Shown piece after piece: positions 46,821 to 55,969 of a stretch of 64,000 bases of DNA. Source of the DNA: an uncultured Planctomycetales bacterium. Lineage in GTDB: Bacteria; Omnitrophota; Gorgyraeia; Gygaellales; Profunditerraquicolaceae. The stretch spans positions 31,194 to 95,193 of the forward strand of contig CAZYCL010000001.1 of the NCBI GenBank assembly GCA_964645795.1. The letters are read 5' to 3'. Under the pieces are notes generated by a model. It searched no databases. It saw nothing but the letters and a program-made list of their open reading frames with translations, and was not told the DNA's origin. Numbering within the stretch: position 1 is the stretch's first letter; every line of letters begins with the position of its first letter. A program made the position numbers and the translations under genes.

Positions 46821-46880
46821 AGGCAGCTTAAAAAAATACGCAGATTTACGCGCGACGGTTCGGTTGTTGCGTTAAATCTG
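46821..46880. terminator. Bidirectional terminator hairpin (14/15-bp stem ACGCAGATTTACGC...GCGTTAAATCTGCGT) between convergent genes
   Basis: An A7 run precedes the hairpin and a T-rich run follows it. It separates the plus-strand island from the minus-strand giant gene. Confidence 0.65.
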
Positions 46881-46890
46881 CGTTTATTCT

Positions 46891-49800
46891 TTACTGAAGG
46901 GGTTTTTCCCAGGCCGCGATATAACGCTTGGCCTGCTCTACATCCGGATCGTTCGGGGCAAGGGTTATATACTTCCTTAGGTGCATCAGCGCCCTGGTGC
47001 GGTCCTGCATCTGCTCGCCGTATAAAACTCCCAGGTTATAAAGCGCCTCGGCATCTTCCGGGTTAGCCAATAGCACCTTCTCAAACTCCGCAACTGCCTT
47101 CATGTAATCCCGGTTCTGGCTATAAAGGACGCCGAGGTTATAGTGAAGAGTGGCATTCTCCTTAAGGGCGCTGGTCTCCTTCATCAGCTTATACTCGTGC
47201 TCCAACAACCTATAAGCTTTATGCAACTGCTCGTAATCCGTCCTCATCTTCTTAATGGTATCGGAGAGCACCCTGTTCTGGCTTTCTGATTCCCTGGCCA
47301 GCTGGTTATACTCCTGCATGCGGCTATTCTTTTCCATCTGCGCGCCGTCCAACTCGCTCTTTAAGAACGCTGCCTTTTGCTGAAGGGCTTGGTTGGTCTC
47401 TTCAAGCGCCAGCCTCTTGTTCTCAAGGCTATCCTTCTGCTGATTTAACCAGCGCAGCGACTCCTGGGCGTTCTGCAGGTCCTTGCGTAACTTTTCCAGC
47501 TCGCTGCTTAAGCCAGCGGTGACCGCTTCCTTCTGGGCCTTTAACTGTATCATCTGGGTGTTCAGCGCTACATTCGACTCTTCTTTCTCCACCCGCAGCT
47601 TGGCTAACTCAGCGTTCAGGCGGTTTATCTCGGAATCTTTCTGGAGGAGGTTCTCGTCCTTCTGGGCCTGCAGTTCGTCAAGCTCCTGTGCGCGCATAGC
47701 CTTGAATTGCGAAAGGGTCTCCTTAGCCTGTGCGGCCTCCCTCTGGAGAGCGGCGACCTGCTGATTCAGGCTCAATAGCTGGTTATTGGAGTCCTGCTTC
47801 TGACGGGTCATCTCGACTATTTGCGCCTGAAGGGCGACCACCTGATCGGATAACTTAGCATACTCCTTGCGCAGCGACTCTTCCTGTATGGCCGTAGTCT
47901 GGAACCTGCGTTCGGCATCGCTTGAGCGCTTCTCCAGCTCTATGAACTTATCCATCAGCTCTTTCTTTTCCCTTGCCCAGCCCTCGCCTGTCCTTGATAA
48001 ACCCGAAAGCTTGTCTTCCGCGGTCTTTGCTGCATACTGCAGGACCTGGGCCTGAGTTTCCAGGGCAAGCTTCTGATTCTCTAAATCCTTGATCGTTGCC
48101 AGCAGGTCGCGCTTCTCTCCTTCAACATCGTCTTTCTGCCGGCTGTATTGAAGCATGGAATCCTGCATATCCTGGACCGCTTTCTGATAACGCGCGATCT
48201 CCGAAGTAAATCCGGCGGCCTCCGCATCTCTCTGCTGCTTTAGTTGATTGAGCTGGGTGAGGAGATTGGTAACATCCTCTTGCCTCTTTGCCTTAATCTC
48301 ATCGCGCTGCTGCCGCAGCTGCGCCAGTTCGTCCTCACGCTGCTGTAGCCTGCCTGCCAGCCTCTCCAGCTCCTGATCCTTCTGCTTCTTCGTATCGTCC
48401 AGACGGCTCTTTAGGATAGCCGACTCTTCCTTCTTCTGGCCCCTAAGCTGCACAAGCTGCTCATTGAAGAACTCCTGGGTGCTCTGAAGGTCTTTCTGCA
48501 TCTGGGCGTTTTCCGCAGCCAGCGCCTTCAAATCGGCTTCTCTGCGCTCAGCCAACAGCTGCATCTGGGCTTTCAGCTGGGTTATCTCCTGTTCCTTCTC
48601 GGCGTACTGCTGGGCCTTTTCCTGCTTGGCTGCTGCCAGCTCCTGGCTTAGGATATCCAACTGCCCCTGCGTTTCCTGAAGGCTTGCGACTATGTCGCCC
48701 TTTTCTTTTTCAGCCGCTTTAAGCTGCTCGACCAATACGCTTACCTGCTGATTCAAATCCTGGCCCTGCTTATCCAGGCCCGCCTTCTGATCACACAGCT
48801 CCTGGTGTTTAACCATCAGCTGACGGTAGTTATTATCGATATCGTTCTTTTCGTTGTTAAGCTGGCTGAGTAATTCGGTCTTCTCCTTGACGTCTTTGCG
48901 CAGCTTGAATATCTCCTCGTTGAGGTCCCTGAGCATTGTTTCTTTCTGGCTGTTGAACTGTGCCAGCTCGGCGTCACGCTGCTTCTCTAATGCTGCGATA
49001 TCGCCGTCCCTCTTTTCTCGCGCAAGGCTTACCTGTTCCTTAAGCTCTGTGATCAGGGCCTCGCTCTGAAGGCGCAAGTTTGCCAGGTCCTGCTCGATCC
49101 TTGCCTTGGCGTCGCCGGTCCTTACCATCTCCTGATTAAGCTTCTCTATCTGCTTCTGCCTGTCGTTCAATAGAGTCTGGAACTCCTGCTCTTTCTGGCT
49201 GCCGGAACGCGAAAGCTGCTCATTACGTTTAGTGATATCCGCGAAATCCTTTTCCAGCTGCGCGAGCCTGGTTTTCAAGGCCAGGTTTTCCTGCTGCACT
49301 GAGTCTTTTGACGAAGAAACGGTGTTGACCTTGGTTTCCGCGGCTATGAGCGCATCACGCAGGTCTTTGACCTGCTTCTCAAGCGTAGCTTTCTCGGGGA
49401 CAAGCTGCGCTATCCTGTTGTGCAGGGAAAGCTTCTCCTGTTGGCCGGATTCGTAGTTCGCGGAAACCGTCTTTATCTTCTCATCCGAAAGCTTAACCGC
49501 TTCCTGAAGCCCCTTGATTTGTTTTTCCAGAAGAGACTTCTCCTGTGCGAGGTTAGCTGCCTGGAGCCTGGTATCATCGAGCTCTTTCTGCTGCCTGATA
49601 AGCGAATCCCTTAAAGCCCTGGTATCGGACTCCTGACGGCTCTTTAGCTGCGCCAGCTCTTGGTCTTTCTGGGATTTGAGCTTAGCAAGCTCGAGCCCGA
49701 GCCTGGTCAAGTCCTGTTCTTTTTGCGCTCCTGACTGGACAAGCTGGTCGTGCCGCTTAAGGGCCTCGGAGAGCTGCCTATTCAGCTGCGACACCTTATC

Positions 49801-52596
49801 CTCTAACCCCAACTTCTCCTTAAGCGCTGATTCGTTGGCTTTGGAGATAGCGGTGAGCTTTGCCTGGCCTTCCTTCAGGGAGCTGCGGGTTTCCATTATC
49901 TGTTTCTCAAGGTCCGCCTTTTCGCGCTCCAGCCTTGCTGTCGTTTCCCGGCTGTCATTAAGTTGCCTGCGCGCCTTTGACAGGTCATCCTTTATTCCTT
50001 TTACTCCGGCTTCCATACCCTTCTTTAACCGCAGTAACTCATCGTCATGGGCAGATTTTAATCTTGCTATCTGATCAAGCAGGCGTGAAGCCTCGGTCTC
50101 CTTCTGATTCTTTAACTGCGCCAGCTCATTGCCCACTTTACCCAGCTCATTGGAAAGGGCTTCAATCTTCTTAGAACGCACTGCCAGTTCATCGGCCAGC
50201 TCTTTTTCGCTATTGCGGCTTAAAATCTTAAGATTCTCCTGGTCCCGGCGCAGCCCTTCGATGGTCGTCTTCTGCACTTCAAGCAGCAAATTAAGCTCTT
50301 GTTCTTTCTTGGCGGCCCTGGATACCAGGTCTTCATTGCGCTTTAGCGCATCGGCAAGATTGCTTTCTGCCTGCGTAAGCTTGCCTTGCAAGGCGGATTT
50401 CTCCTGGTTGGCGGCCTCTTTGGCATTAGAAAGCATGCCCGCGTTGTCTTCGGACTCCTTTAGCGCGCCCTTAAGGTCGCCGATAGCCTTCTCTGCCCTG
50501 CCCTTTTCCTGCGTAAGCTGCGCGTTTGCCTGCCGCAGCTGGTTTATATCATTGCGTAAACCGGCGATCTCGTCTTTGAGCTTAGCGGACTGGGCATCAA
50601 AGCCGGAATTAAGCTTAAGCAGATCCTCGTCCCTCTTGGACTTAAGCTTGGCTATCTGATCAAGCAGCCCCGATACCTCGGAGTCCTTCTGGATCTTTAG
50701 CTGTGAATAATCTTTCTGGGAACGCTGCAACGACTCCCTGGTATTGGCCAACTCGCGGCGCAGCTCGTCAAACTCTTTGCCGGACTTCTGCGATTCCAGA
50801 GCCAGCGAGTCCTTCTGCCGGATAAGCTCGTTAAACCTGGACTGGGAATCGGCTAATTGGGTAGATACCTTCCTGAGGTCATCCTGTAAAGACTGGCGTT
50901 CCCGGGAAGATGTTTCAGACTGTTTCTGGGCTTGCTGCAGCTTATTGTTTAGATCGGCTATTTCCCTGCGCAGTGATGAATTCTCCTGGCTGAGGGCATC
51001 GTTGGTCCTATTGAAACCGGCCATTTTCTCTTCCAAGGGTTTCATCGAAGATTTCAATGACTGGACTTGTTTTTCCAAAGAAGACTTCTGGCCTTCAAGC
51101 TCCCTGATACTGGCGTTAAGCTGCGACTGCAGTTTCTCAGAAACGTCACGCTGCTGCACGGCCTTGACCAGGGCGTCCTTAGCTGAATCCAGATCTCTCT
51201 TTACAGCCGACAGCTCTGCACCCATATTTTTGGATTCTGAGGCGAGCCTATTCTTTAACGAATCGATCTCCTGTCGAAGCTGGCTGGCAAGTGATTCTTT
51301 TTGCGCGCTAAGACTGGCGTTTTCCTCTCTTGCCCTGGCCAGATCTTCCTTATATTGGGATTCTAACTGGGAGTACTTGCGGCCAGAATCCTGGTCCTGT
51401 TTCTCAAGCCTGGCCTTTTGCTCGGAAAGGTCCTTTAGCCGCAGCGTCAACTCTCTCTGCTGCACATCCTGATACTCCTTATCTTTTTTAATCCGGGCAA
51501 GCTCATCCTGCGCATCCCTTAAGCCCTTACGCAGGGCCAATACCTCTTCCTCTGATTTCTGAAGCTGGCTTGATCTTTGTTCCCTGATTTTAACCTGCTC
51601 CCGTTCATGCTGCTGCTTTAACTGCTGCACTTCCTGCTCTTTTTGGCCCTTCAGCTGGGTAAACAACGCAGTTAACTCATCCAACTGCTTCTTCGTCTTT
51701 AAAAGCTCTTCTTTAGACTGGGAGCCGGATTTATTAGCCGCATCCAGCTGTTGCCTAAGCTCGGCTATTTGATTGCGAAGCTCCTGAGAAAGCTGTCCGG
51801 ACTCCTGGTCCTTCTGGCTTTTTATCTTGGCGATCTCATCAAGAAGGCGGCCAGACTCATCCTCCTTCTCTTTTGCCAGCTGGTCATTGCGGTCTCTCAA
51901 CCGCCCTATCTCCTGGCTAAGAAGCTCTACTTGATTGCGCGCCTGCATCAAGGAAGAGTTAAGCGCATCGTTATCCCTTAAGGCAGCCAGCCCCCTGCTT
52001 TCCTTGGCGTCGATATCCTGTTTTAAGGCGCTGTTCTGGTCCTCAAGGCTGCGCGCTCTCTGGGCCAGCTCCTGGAGCTGGCCATTGAGGCCGGAGACCT
52101 CATTCTGCAGGAGATTGACGCTATCCTGGAGCTGGCGCTTCTCCTGGCTGCCGGCTTCGATGATCTTGTTTAATTCGGGAAGCTTCTGCTCAAACTCATT
52201 TAACGCGTCTTTTAAATTCTTGTTTTGCTGGGAGAGACTTTCGTTCTTTTGCTCAAGGCTGCGCATGGAAACTGCCAGGTCCCGATTTTCAGAGACGGCT
52301 GAGCCGGTATAGCGCATGATCTGCGCCAAGGTATCTAACGCCCCTTCCAGCCCCTGCCTGATCCGGGACAGCTCTACACCGAGGCTTTGCAAAAGCACGC
52401 TGTCAGAGCCTCCGCTCGACTTCAAGGTCTGCTCAAGCAGGCTTATATCTTGGGCAACGGCTTTTAACTGGATAGCAAGCTTGGATTCATTTTTGGATGA
52501 TGAGGGTTGAGCGCAGCAATGACGGGGACAGACAAATACGGCGGGAATAAAAAATAGAGCAAAAAGAATAAAGTAGGGGGATTTCTTCATCAACAT
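46891..52596 (-). CDS. Giant secreted coiled-coil protein (1901 aa) with internal ~150-200 aa repeat modules and C-terminal TPR repeats
   Basis: It has an N-terminal hydrophobic signal and ~1750 aa of Q/E/K/L-rich heptads with a recurring LLDQIAKLKSQKDQE motif. The C-terminal TPR region is NATLHYNLGVLYSQ...AEALYNLGVLYGEQ. Confidence 0.8.
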   Translation of the reverse strand: MLMKKSPYFILFALFFIPAVFVCPRHCCAQPSSSKNESKLAIQLKAVAQDISLLEQTLKSSGGSDSVLLQSLGVELSRIRQGLEGALDTLAQIMRYTGSAVSENRDLAVSMRSLEQKNESLSQQNKNLKDALNEFEQKLPELNKIIEAGSQEKRQLQDSVNLLQNEVSGLNGQLQELAQRARSLEDQNSALKQDIDAKESRGLAALRDNDALNSSLMQARNQVELLSQEIGRLRDRNDQLAKEKEDESGRLLDEIAKIKSQKDQESGQLSQELRNQIAELRQQLDAANKSGSQSKEELLKTKKQLDELTALFTQLKGQKEQEVQQLKQQHEREQVKIREQRSSQLQKSEEEVLALRKGLRDAQDELARIKKDKEYQDVQQRELTLRLKDLSEQKARLEKQDQDSGRKYSQLESQYKEDLARAREENASLSAQKESLASQLRQEIDSLKNRLASESKNMGAELSAVKRDLDSAKDALVKAVQQRDVSEKLQSQLNASIRELEGQKSSLEKQVQSLKSSMKPLEEKMAGFNRTNDALSQENSSLRREIADLNNKLQQAQKQSETSSRERQSLQDDLRKVSTQLADSQSRFNELIRQKDSLALESQKSGKEFDELRRELANTRESLQRSQKDYSQLKIQKDSEVSGLLDQIAKLKSKRDEDLLKLNSGFDAQSAKLKDEIAGLRNDINQLRQANAQLTQEKGRAEKAIGDLKGALKESEDNAGMLSNAKEAANQEKSALQGKLTQAESNLADALKRNEDLVSRAAKKEQELNLLLEVQKTTIEGLRRDQENLKILSRNSEKELADELAVRSKKIEALSNELGKVGNELAQLKNQKETEASRLLDQIARLKSAHDDELLRLKKGMEAGVKGIKDDLSKARRQLNDSRETTARLEREKADLEKQIMETRSSLKEGQAKLTAISKANESALKEKLGLEDKVSQLNRQLSEALKRHDQLVQSGAQKEQDLTRLGLELAKLKSQKDQELAQLKSRQESDTRALRDSLIRQQKELDDTRLQAANLAQEKSLLEKQIKGLQEAVKLSDEKIKTVSANYESGQQEKLSLHNRIAQLVPEKATLEKQVKDLRDALIAAETKVNTVSSSKDSVQQENLALKTRLAQLEKDFADITKRNEQLSRSGSQKEQEFQTLLNDRQKQIEKLNQEMVRTGDAKARIEQDLANLRLQSEALITELKEQVSLAREKRDGDIAALEKQRDAELAQFNSQKETMLRDLNEEIFKLRKDVKEKTELLSQLNNEKNDIDNNYRQLMVKHQELCDQKAGLDKQGQDLNQQVSVLVEQLKAAEKEKGDIVASLQETQGQLDILSQELAAAKQEKAQQYAEKEQEITQLKAQMQLLAERREADLKALAAENAQMQKDLQSTQEFFNEQLVQLRGQKKEESAILKSRLDDTKKQKDQELERLAGRLQQREDELAQLRQQRDEIKAKRQEDVTNLLTQLNQLKQQRDAEAAGFTSEIARYQKAVQDMQDSMLQYSRQKDDVEGEKRDLLATIKDLENQKLALETQAQVLQYAAKTAEDKLSGLSRTGEGWAREKKELMDKFIELEKRSSDAERRFQTTAIQEESLRKEYAKLSDQVVALQAQIVEMTRQKQDSNNQLLSLNQQVAALQREAAQAKETLSQFKAMRAQELDELQAQKDENLLQKDSEINRLNAELAKLRVEKEESNVALNTQMIQLKAQKEAVTAGLSSELEKLRKDLQNAQESLRWLNQQKDSLENKRLALEETNQALQQKAAFLKSELDGAQMEKNSRMQEYNQLARESESQNRVLSDTIKKMRTDYEQLHKAYRLLEHEYKLMKETSALKENATLHYNLGVLYSQNRDYMKAVAEFEKVLLANPEDAEALYNLGVLYGEQMQDRTRALMHLRKYITLAPNDPDVEQAKRYIAAWEKPLQ

Positions 52597-52654
52597 TTAA
52601 GGGCCGCGAAGCTGCCGAGTAAAATATAAGCTTATTTCAAATGTTTCAATTGAA

Positions 52655-52682
52655 ATTATATCACTCAAGCCTTCCCTGTCAA
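52655..52682 (-). promoter_or_regulatory. Consensus sigma70 promoter (TTGACA-16-TATAAT) driving the giant coiled-coil gene
   Basis: Minus-strand sequence TTGACAgggaaggcttgagtgaTATAAT lies about 58 nt upstream of the ATG at 52596. Confidence 0.6.
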
Positions 52683-52699
52683 GCAATTTCTTGCTTTTT

Positions 52700-54223
52700 T
52701 TAGCGAAGTTTGGACTTCACAGCAGGCGCAGGTGGCTCGCTTACCGATGCAGCAGGAGCATCTGCGGCCGGGACAGAAGGCTCTGTTGACAAAACAGGGG
52801 TCCCGCCTACTGGTGCAGGGGGTTCGCTAGCGGCTAAGGCGGGGTCCTTTGGCAAATCTACGGCAATAGCCGGGACCGTAACCACGGTGCCGGTATCTCT
52901 GGATATCAAGATCGCTGAAGCAGCCTGATCACCCTCAACAACCGCAGGCTTTACTTCAGGCCAAGGCTTGACCTCGGCTAAAGGCTTTATTTCGGGGGAG
53001 GGCTTGATTTCAGGCAGCGGCTTTATTTCGGGCGAGAAGGCGGAGGCGGCTGCCGGAGGTATATCTTTGGCTGCCTTCTTTAGCTTACTCTTTATCTGTA
53101 TCTCGGCTACGGCAGGCGGGCCTTTTAAATCCGTTATTGCCCGCTCAAGCCTCGTCTTTATCTCAAGCAGATAAAATTTGGCCTGTGTGTTATAAGGGTC
53201 GAGCTCCAGCACATACTTGAATTCGCCGGTAGCCTCTAAGAACCTGTTTTCTCGGAAAAACTCAATCCCTTTATCAAAGTGCGACTGAATATCACGCAGC
53301 CTTTTTTCTTCGGCGGCCTTGGCCATATCTTCCTGGCGCTTTCTCTCCTTCTCGGCAGCCAGCCTTGCATCCTCTTCCCGCTTCTTGGCCAGATACTTGT
53401 CCCGCTCGATCTTTTTGTTGGCCTGGTCGATCACGTCCCTGGCCTTAGGATTGCCTTTATCGATGACAAATACCTTCTCGGCCTGTCTGATGGCCGCCGG
53501 GTAATCGCCGTTCTTGATCATCTCGCGGGCCAGATATAGAAGGCTGTCGATCTCCATCTGTTTCTTGGCAAACTCAAGCTTTTTAATCTCAAGCTCTGCG
53601 TCTATTATTACTTTCTTGGCCGCGATCTCGGACTCAAGCGCCGCCCTTCTTTTAGCCAGCTGCGGATCAAGTTCTGTGATCTGCGGCTGGACAGACTCCT
53701 GGACAAGCTCCTTAGCAGGTTGTTTTGCTGGCGCTGCGGACCGAGGAGCAGCTGCCTTATCGGCTGGCGCCGGTACTACAGGCTTAGGACGAATAAGAGA
53801 AGACAGTATCCTCTGTGACCCCCTTTTCCTCCTGTCAATGCTTTGTTTGAGGAGCCCGCCGAGTTCATGCTTGATATCCTCGTTGAGCTTCTCGTCTATC
53901 TCGCTAATGAGCTTTTTGGCTTCATTGGTGAAAGTCTTCTCTTTCATTCCGGATTCCAAGTTTACGATATCACGAAAGCAGACGATAGCCGCGGCGTAAT
54001 CATTATTAACCATATAATTCCTGCCCATCTCCATGTATATCTGGACGTCCTGCTTGGCAGCTTCCTCCCTAGCCTTGGCATCCTGCTCCTTAATGTAGGA
54101 CTTTTCGGTCTTGAACCATAAGGAACGGAAATCTTTTTCAGAGTGGACCTGGGCAAAGCAAAGTAAAGGAAAAGTAACCAAAACTAAGAATATGGTGGCC
54201 GCTAAGGACCTTGCTGTATTCAT
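52700..54223 (-). CDS. Secreted TPR/coiled-coil protein with a C-terminal Pro/Ala-rich (EIKP)n repeat region
   Basis: It has a signal peptide, TPR-like units and a coiled coil. The C-terminus is PEIKPLPEIKPSPEIKPLAEVKPWPEVKP followed by a PA-rich tail. 15-bp DNA repeats lie at ~52955-53045. Confidence 0.7.
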   Translation of the reverse strand: MNTARSLAATIFLVLVTFPLLCFAQVHSEKDFRSLWFKTEKSYIKEQDAKAREEAAKQDVQIYMEMGRNYMVNNDYAAAIVCFRDIVNLESGMKEKTFTNEAKKLISEIDEKLNEDIKHELGGLLKQSIDRRKRGSQRILSSLIRPKPVVPAPADKAAAPRSAAPAKQPAKELVQESVQPQITELDPQLAKRRAALESEIAAKKVIIDAELEIKKLEFAKKQMEIDSLLYLAREMIKNGDYPAAIRQAEKVFVIDKGNPKARDVIDQANKKIERDKYLAKKREEDARLAAEKERKRQEDMAKAAEEKRLRDIQSHFDKGIEFFRENRFLEATGEFKYVLELDPYNTQAKFYLLEIKTRLERAITDLKGPPAVAEIQIKSKLKKAAKDIPPAAASAFSPEIKPLPEIKPSPEIKPLAEVKPWPEVKPAVVEGDQAASAILISRDTGTVVTVPAIAVDLPKDPALAASEPPAPVGGTPVLSTEPSVPAADAPAASVSEPPAPAVKSKLR

Positions 54224-54237
54224 CTCTTCCTCGCTCT

Positions 54238-54678
54238 TTAGTAACGCGGGATGTCCAAGATCGTTTCCGGGTATATCTTGTTAGGATCCGTTATCTGGCG
54301 GATGTTGGCCTTGAAGATCCAGCGCCATTTAAAAGGATCGTTGTAATACTTCCTGGCTATCTTCCAAAGTGACTCTTTCTTCTGCACGCGATGCACGGGC
54401 ATCTTCGCACCCTTAGCCCCGAGCTGTGCGGCGCGGTACCTTTCCCTTTCAAGCTCTGCCTGGGCCATCTTTGTTTCGGTCTGCGACCTGATCAATTCAT
54501 CCTGCATCTTAAGCAGGTCCTGGTTGAGCTTTATCCAGGCCGCCTCTTCAACCTCGATCATCCGGGGCTTTGCGCTTCCGCCCCGTATCTGGGCATAGGC
54601 GATCGCGCTTGAAAATACCAGCCCCAGGCATATGCATAAGACCAGAAATCCCGACCCGCTTAAAACATTCTTCTTCAT
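54238..54678 (-). CDS. LysM domain protein with a signal peptide and coiled-coil
   Basis: The C-terminus HRVQKKESLWKIARKYYNDPFKWRWIFKANIRQITDPNKIYPETILDIP is a LysM-like pattern. Confidence 0.65.
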   Translation of the reverse strand: MKKNVLSGSGFLVLCICLGLVFSSAIAYAQIRGGSAKPRMIEVEEAAWIKLNQDLLKMQDELIRSQTETKMAQAELERERYRAAQLGAKGAKMPVHRVQKKESLWKIARKYYNDPFKWRWIFKANIRQITDPNKIYPETILDIPRY

Positions 54679-54680
54679 CT

Positions 54681-55463
54681 CTACCCCCCTAATATAAGTG
54701 TAGCGCTTTCAACGGATTTACCCTTATTCTGCTTCATCTCTTCTTTTTGCCTCACCCTCTCAATACGCTCTTGTCCCAGCGCCTGAAATTCGGCATCCCT
54801 GGCCTTCTTCTCTTCCAGCCGCTCGGCCCTGAGCTGCTCTTCCATCTCTTTCTGGTCCAAAATCATCTTTTCTTTTATCGCGGCTTCAAGGGTATCCACG
54901 ACCGTGCTCAGGGCGTATTCCGTGAACTTATTTATCGAGATCAGATAAAGCTTGTGCCCCATAATGGGATTTCTCTTATCAACCTGGCCGCGGTAATAAT
55001 AGTTAACGCTCTCCGTCAGCTTGACGCTGGCTGCATCAAAGACCTCCTGGGCGCTCCAGATGGTCTCTTTGGTATTGATATCCAAAAGGGCCAGCTTAAC
55101 TCCCAGCTTCAACGGCTCAACATCCCGGTAATCGAATACGCTGCCCTTAAGGACCGCGTCTATATTGGAAAGCTTCTCGGGAGAAGCAAGGTCGCTTTCG
55201 TTGATCATGTGTATGACGTACCAGCCGCGCTTATTTAACTCCGTAGCCAACTGCTTAGTAACCTGCGCAGCAATATCCTTTCTAAATGCAGTATCGTTCT
55301 TAAGGGGGACCAGGCCTATGTCGTGAAGCTCAAATCTCCTGAATTCGGGGTGGGAGTATTTATTGGAGAGTTTGTAACTTTTTAAAAAAGAGTTGATTTC
55401 TGCGCAACCGCAAAGGCCCAACAGGAGCGTTATGGCTGTGGCAAAATTTAGGATTTTTTTCAT
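54681..55463 (-). CDS. Putative lipoprotein with a C-terminal E/K-rich coiled-coil
   Basis: Signal peptide ending LLGLCGC (lipobox-like). 260 aa. Confidence 0.55.
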   Translation of the reverse strand: MKKILNFATAITLLLGLCGCAEINSFLKSYKLSNKYSHPEFRRFELHDIGLVPLKNDTAFRKDIAAQVTKQLATELNKRGWYVIHMINESDLASPEKLSNIDAVLKGSVFDYRDVEPLKLGVKLALLDINTKETIWSAQEVFDAASVKLTESVNYYYRGQVDKRNPIMGHKLYLISINKFTEYALSTVVDTLEAAIKEKMILDQKEMEEQLRAERLEEKKARDAEFQALGQERIERVRQKEEMKQNKGKSVESATLILGG

Positions 55464-55504
55464 GGCTCTTGACTTTTCACTCCGTCTAGTGTAACTTATT
55501 CTTA

Positions 55505-55969
55505 ATGAGAATACGCCGCCCGGAAAACAGAGTTACGCTCGAGAAACCCGCCGCCCTTGAAAGAAAGAGCATCGCCATAAAAGGGGCGCTTAGAAAAGAA
55601 ACCAGCCTTTTCCAACAGGAGCTGCAAGCCTCGCAGAAGCAACAGCTTACGGAAAAATTAAAGGCCGTAGTCATCGAGATCGATGAGCTAGGCCAAAAGC
55701 TTGTCAAGACGCGCACCGTAGATATCTTAACCCAATACAAAGAACTTATCAAGAACTTTCTGAAAGAAGTCGTCCAGAACCTGTATTTATTGAAGGAAGA
55801 AATGCACTTTGACACCAAGGGCAAGCATAAGGCCATGATCCTGGTCAAATCCGTCAATAAAAACCTTGAGGAGCTTGTTAAAATGGTCCTGGATAAAGAA
55901 ATCAGTAATCTTAAGCTTCTGGAAAAGGTCGGTGAGATCAAAGGCATGCTCATTGATCTATACTCCTAA
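55505..55969 (+). CDS. Hypothetical helical protein (possibly DUF327/YaaR-like)
   Basis: 154 aa, K/E/L-rich and helical. The opposite-strand ORF is low-complexity Ser/Leu-rich, which is typical of an antisense artefact. No clear SD is present. Confidence 0.35.
   Translation: MRIRRPENRVTLEKPAALERKSIAIKGALRKETSLFQQELQASQKQQLTEKLKAVVIEIDELGQKLVKTRTVDILTQYKELIKNFLKEVVQNLYLLKEEMHFDTKGKHKAMILVKSVNKNLEELVKMVLDKEISNLKLLEKVGEIKGMLIDLYS

Noticed and set aside
47483-52510. Numerous plus-strand ORFs of 60-240 aa, rich in Ser/Leu/Cys/Phe, within the giant gene region
   Set aside because: They are antisense to a long Glu/Lys/Gln/Leu-rich coiled-coil frame. Low-complexity coding in one frame predictably leaves the complementary frames open. 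They have no SD sequences or domain features.
52672-52702. Possible plus-strand intrinsic terminator (CAAGCAATTTCTTGC plus T7) upstream of the giant gene
   Set aside because: The stem is only 4-5 bp, and no plus-strand gene lies upstream. The T-run is better explained as the A-rich spacer of the minus-strand region between the upstream gene stop and the -35 of the giant-gene promoter.
55486-55953. 155-aa minus-strand ORF overlapping the plus-strand 55505-55969 ORF
   Set aside because: It has a Ser/Leu/Phe low-complexity composition, as expected for the antisense of a K/E-rich helical protein. I kept the plus-strand ORF, at low confidence.
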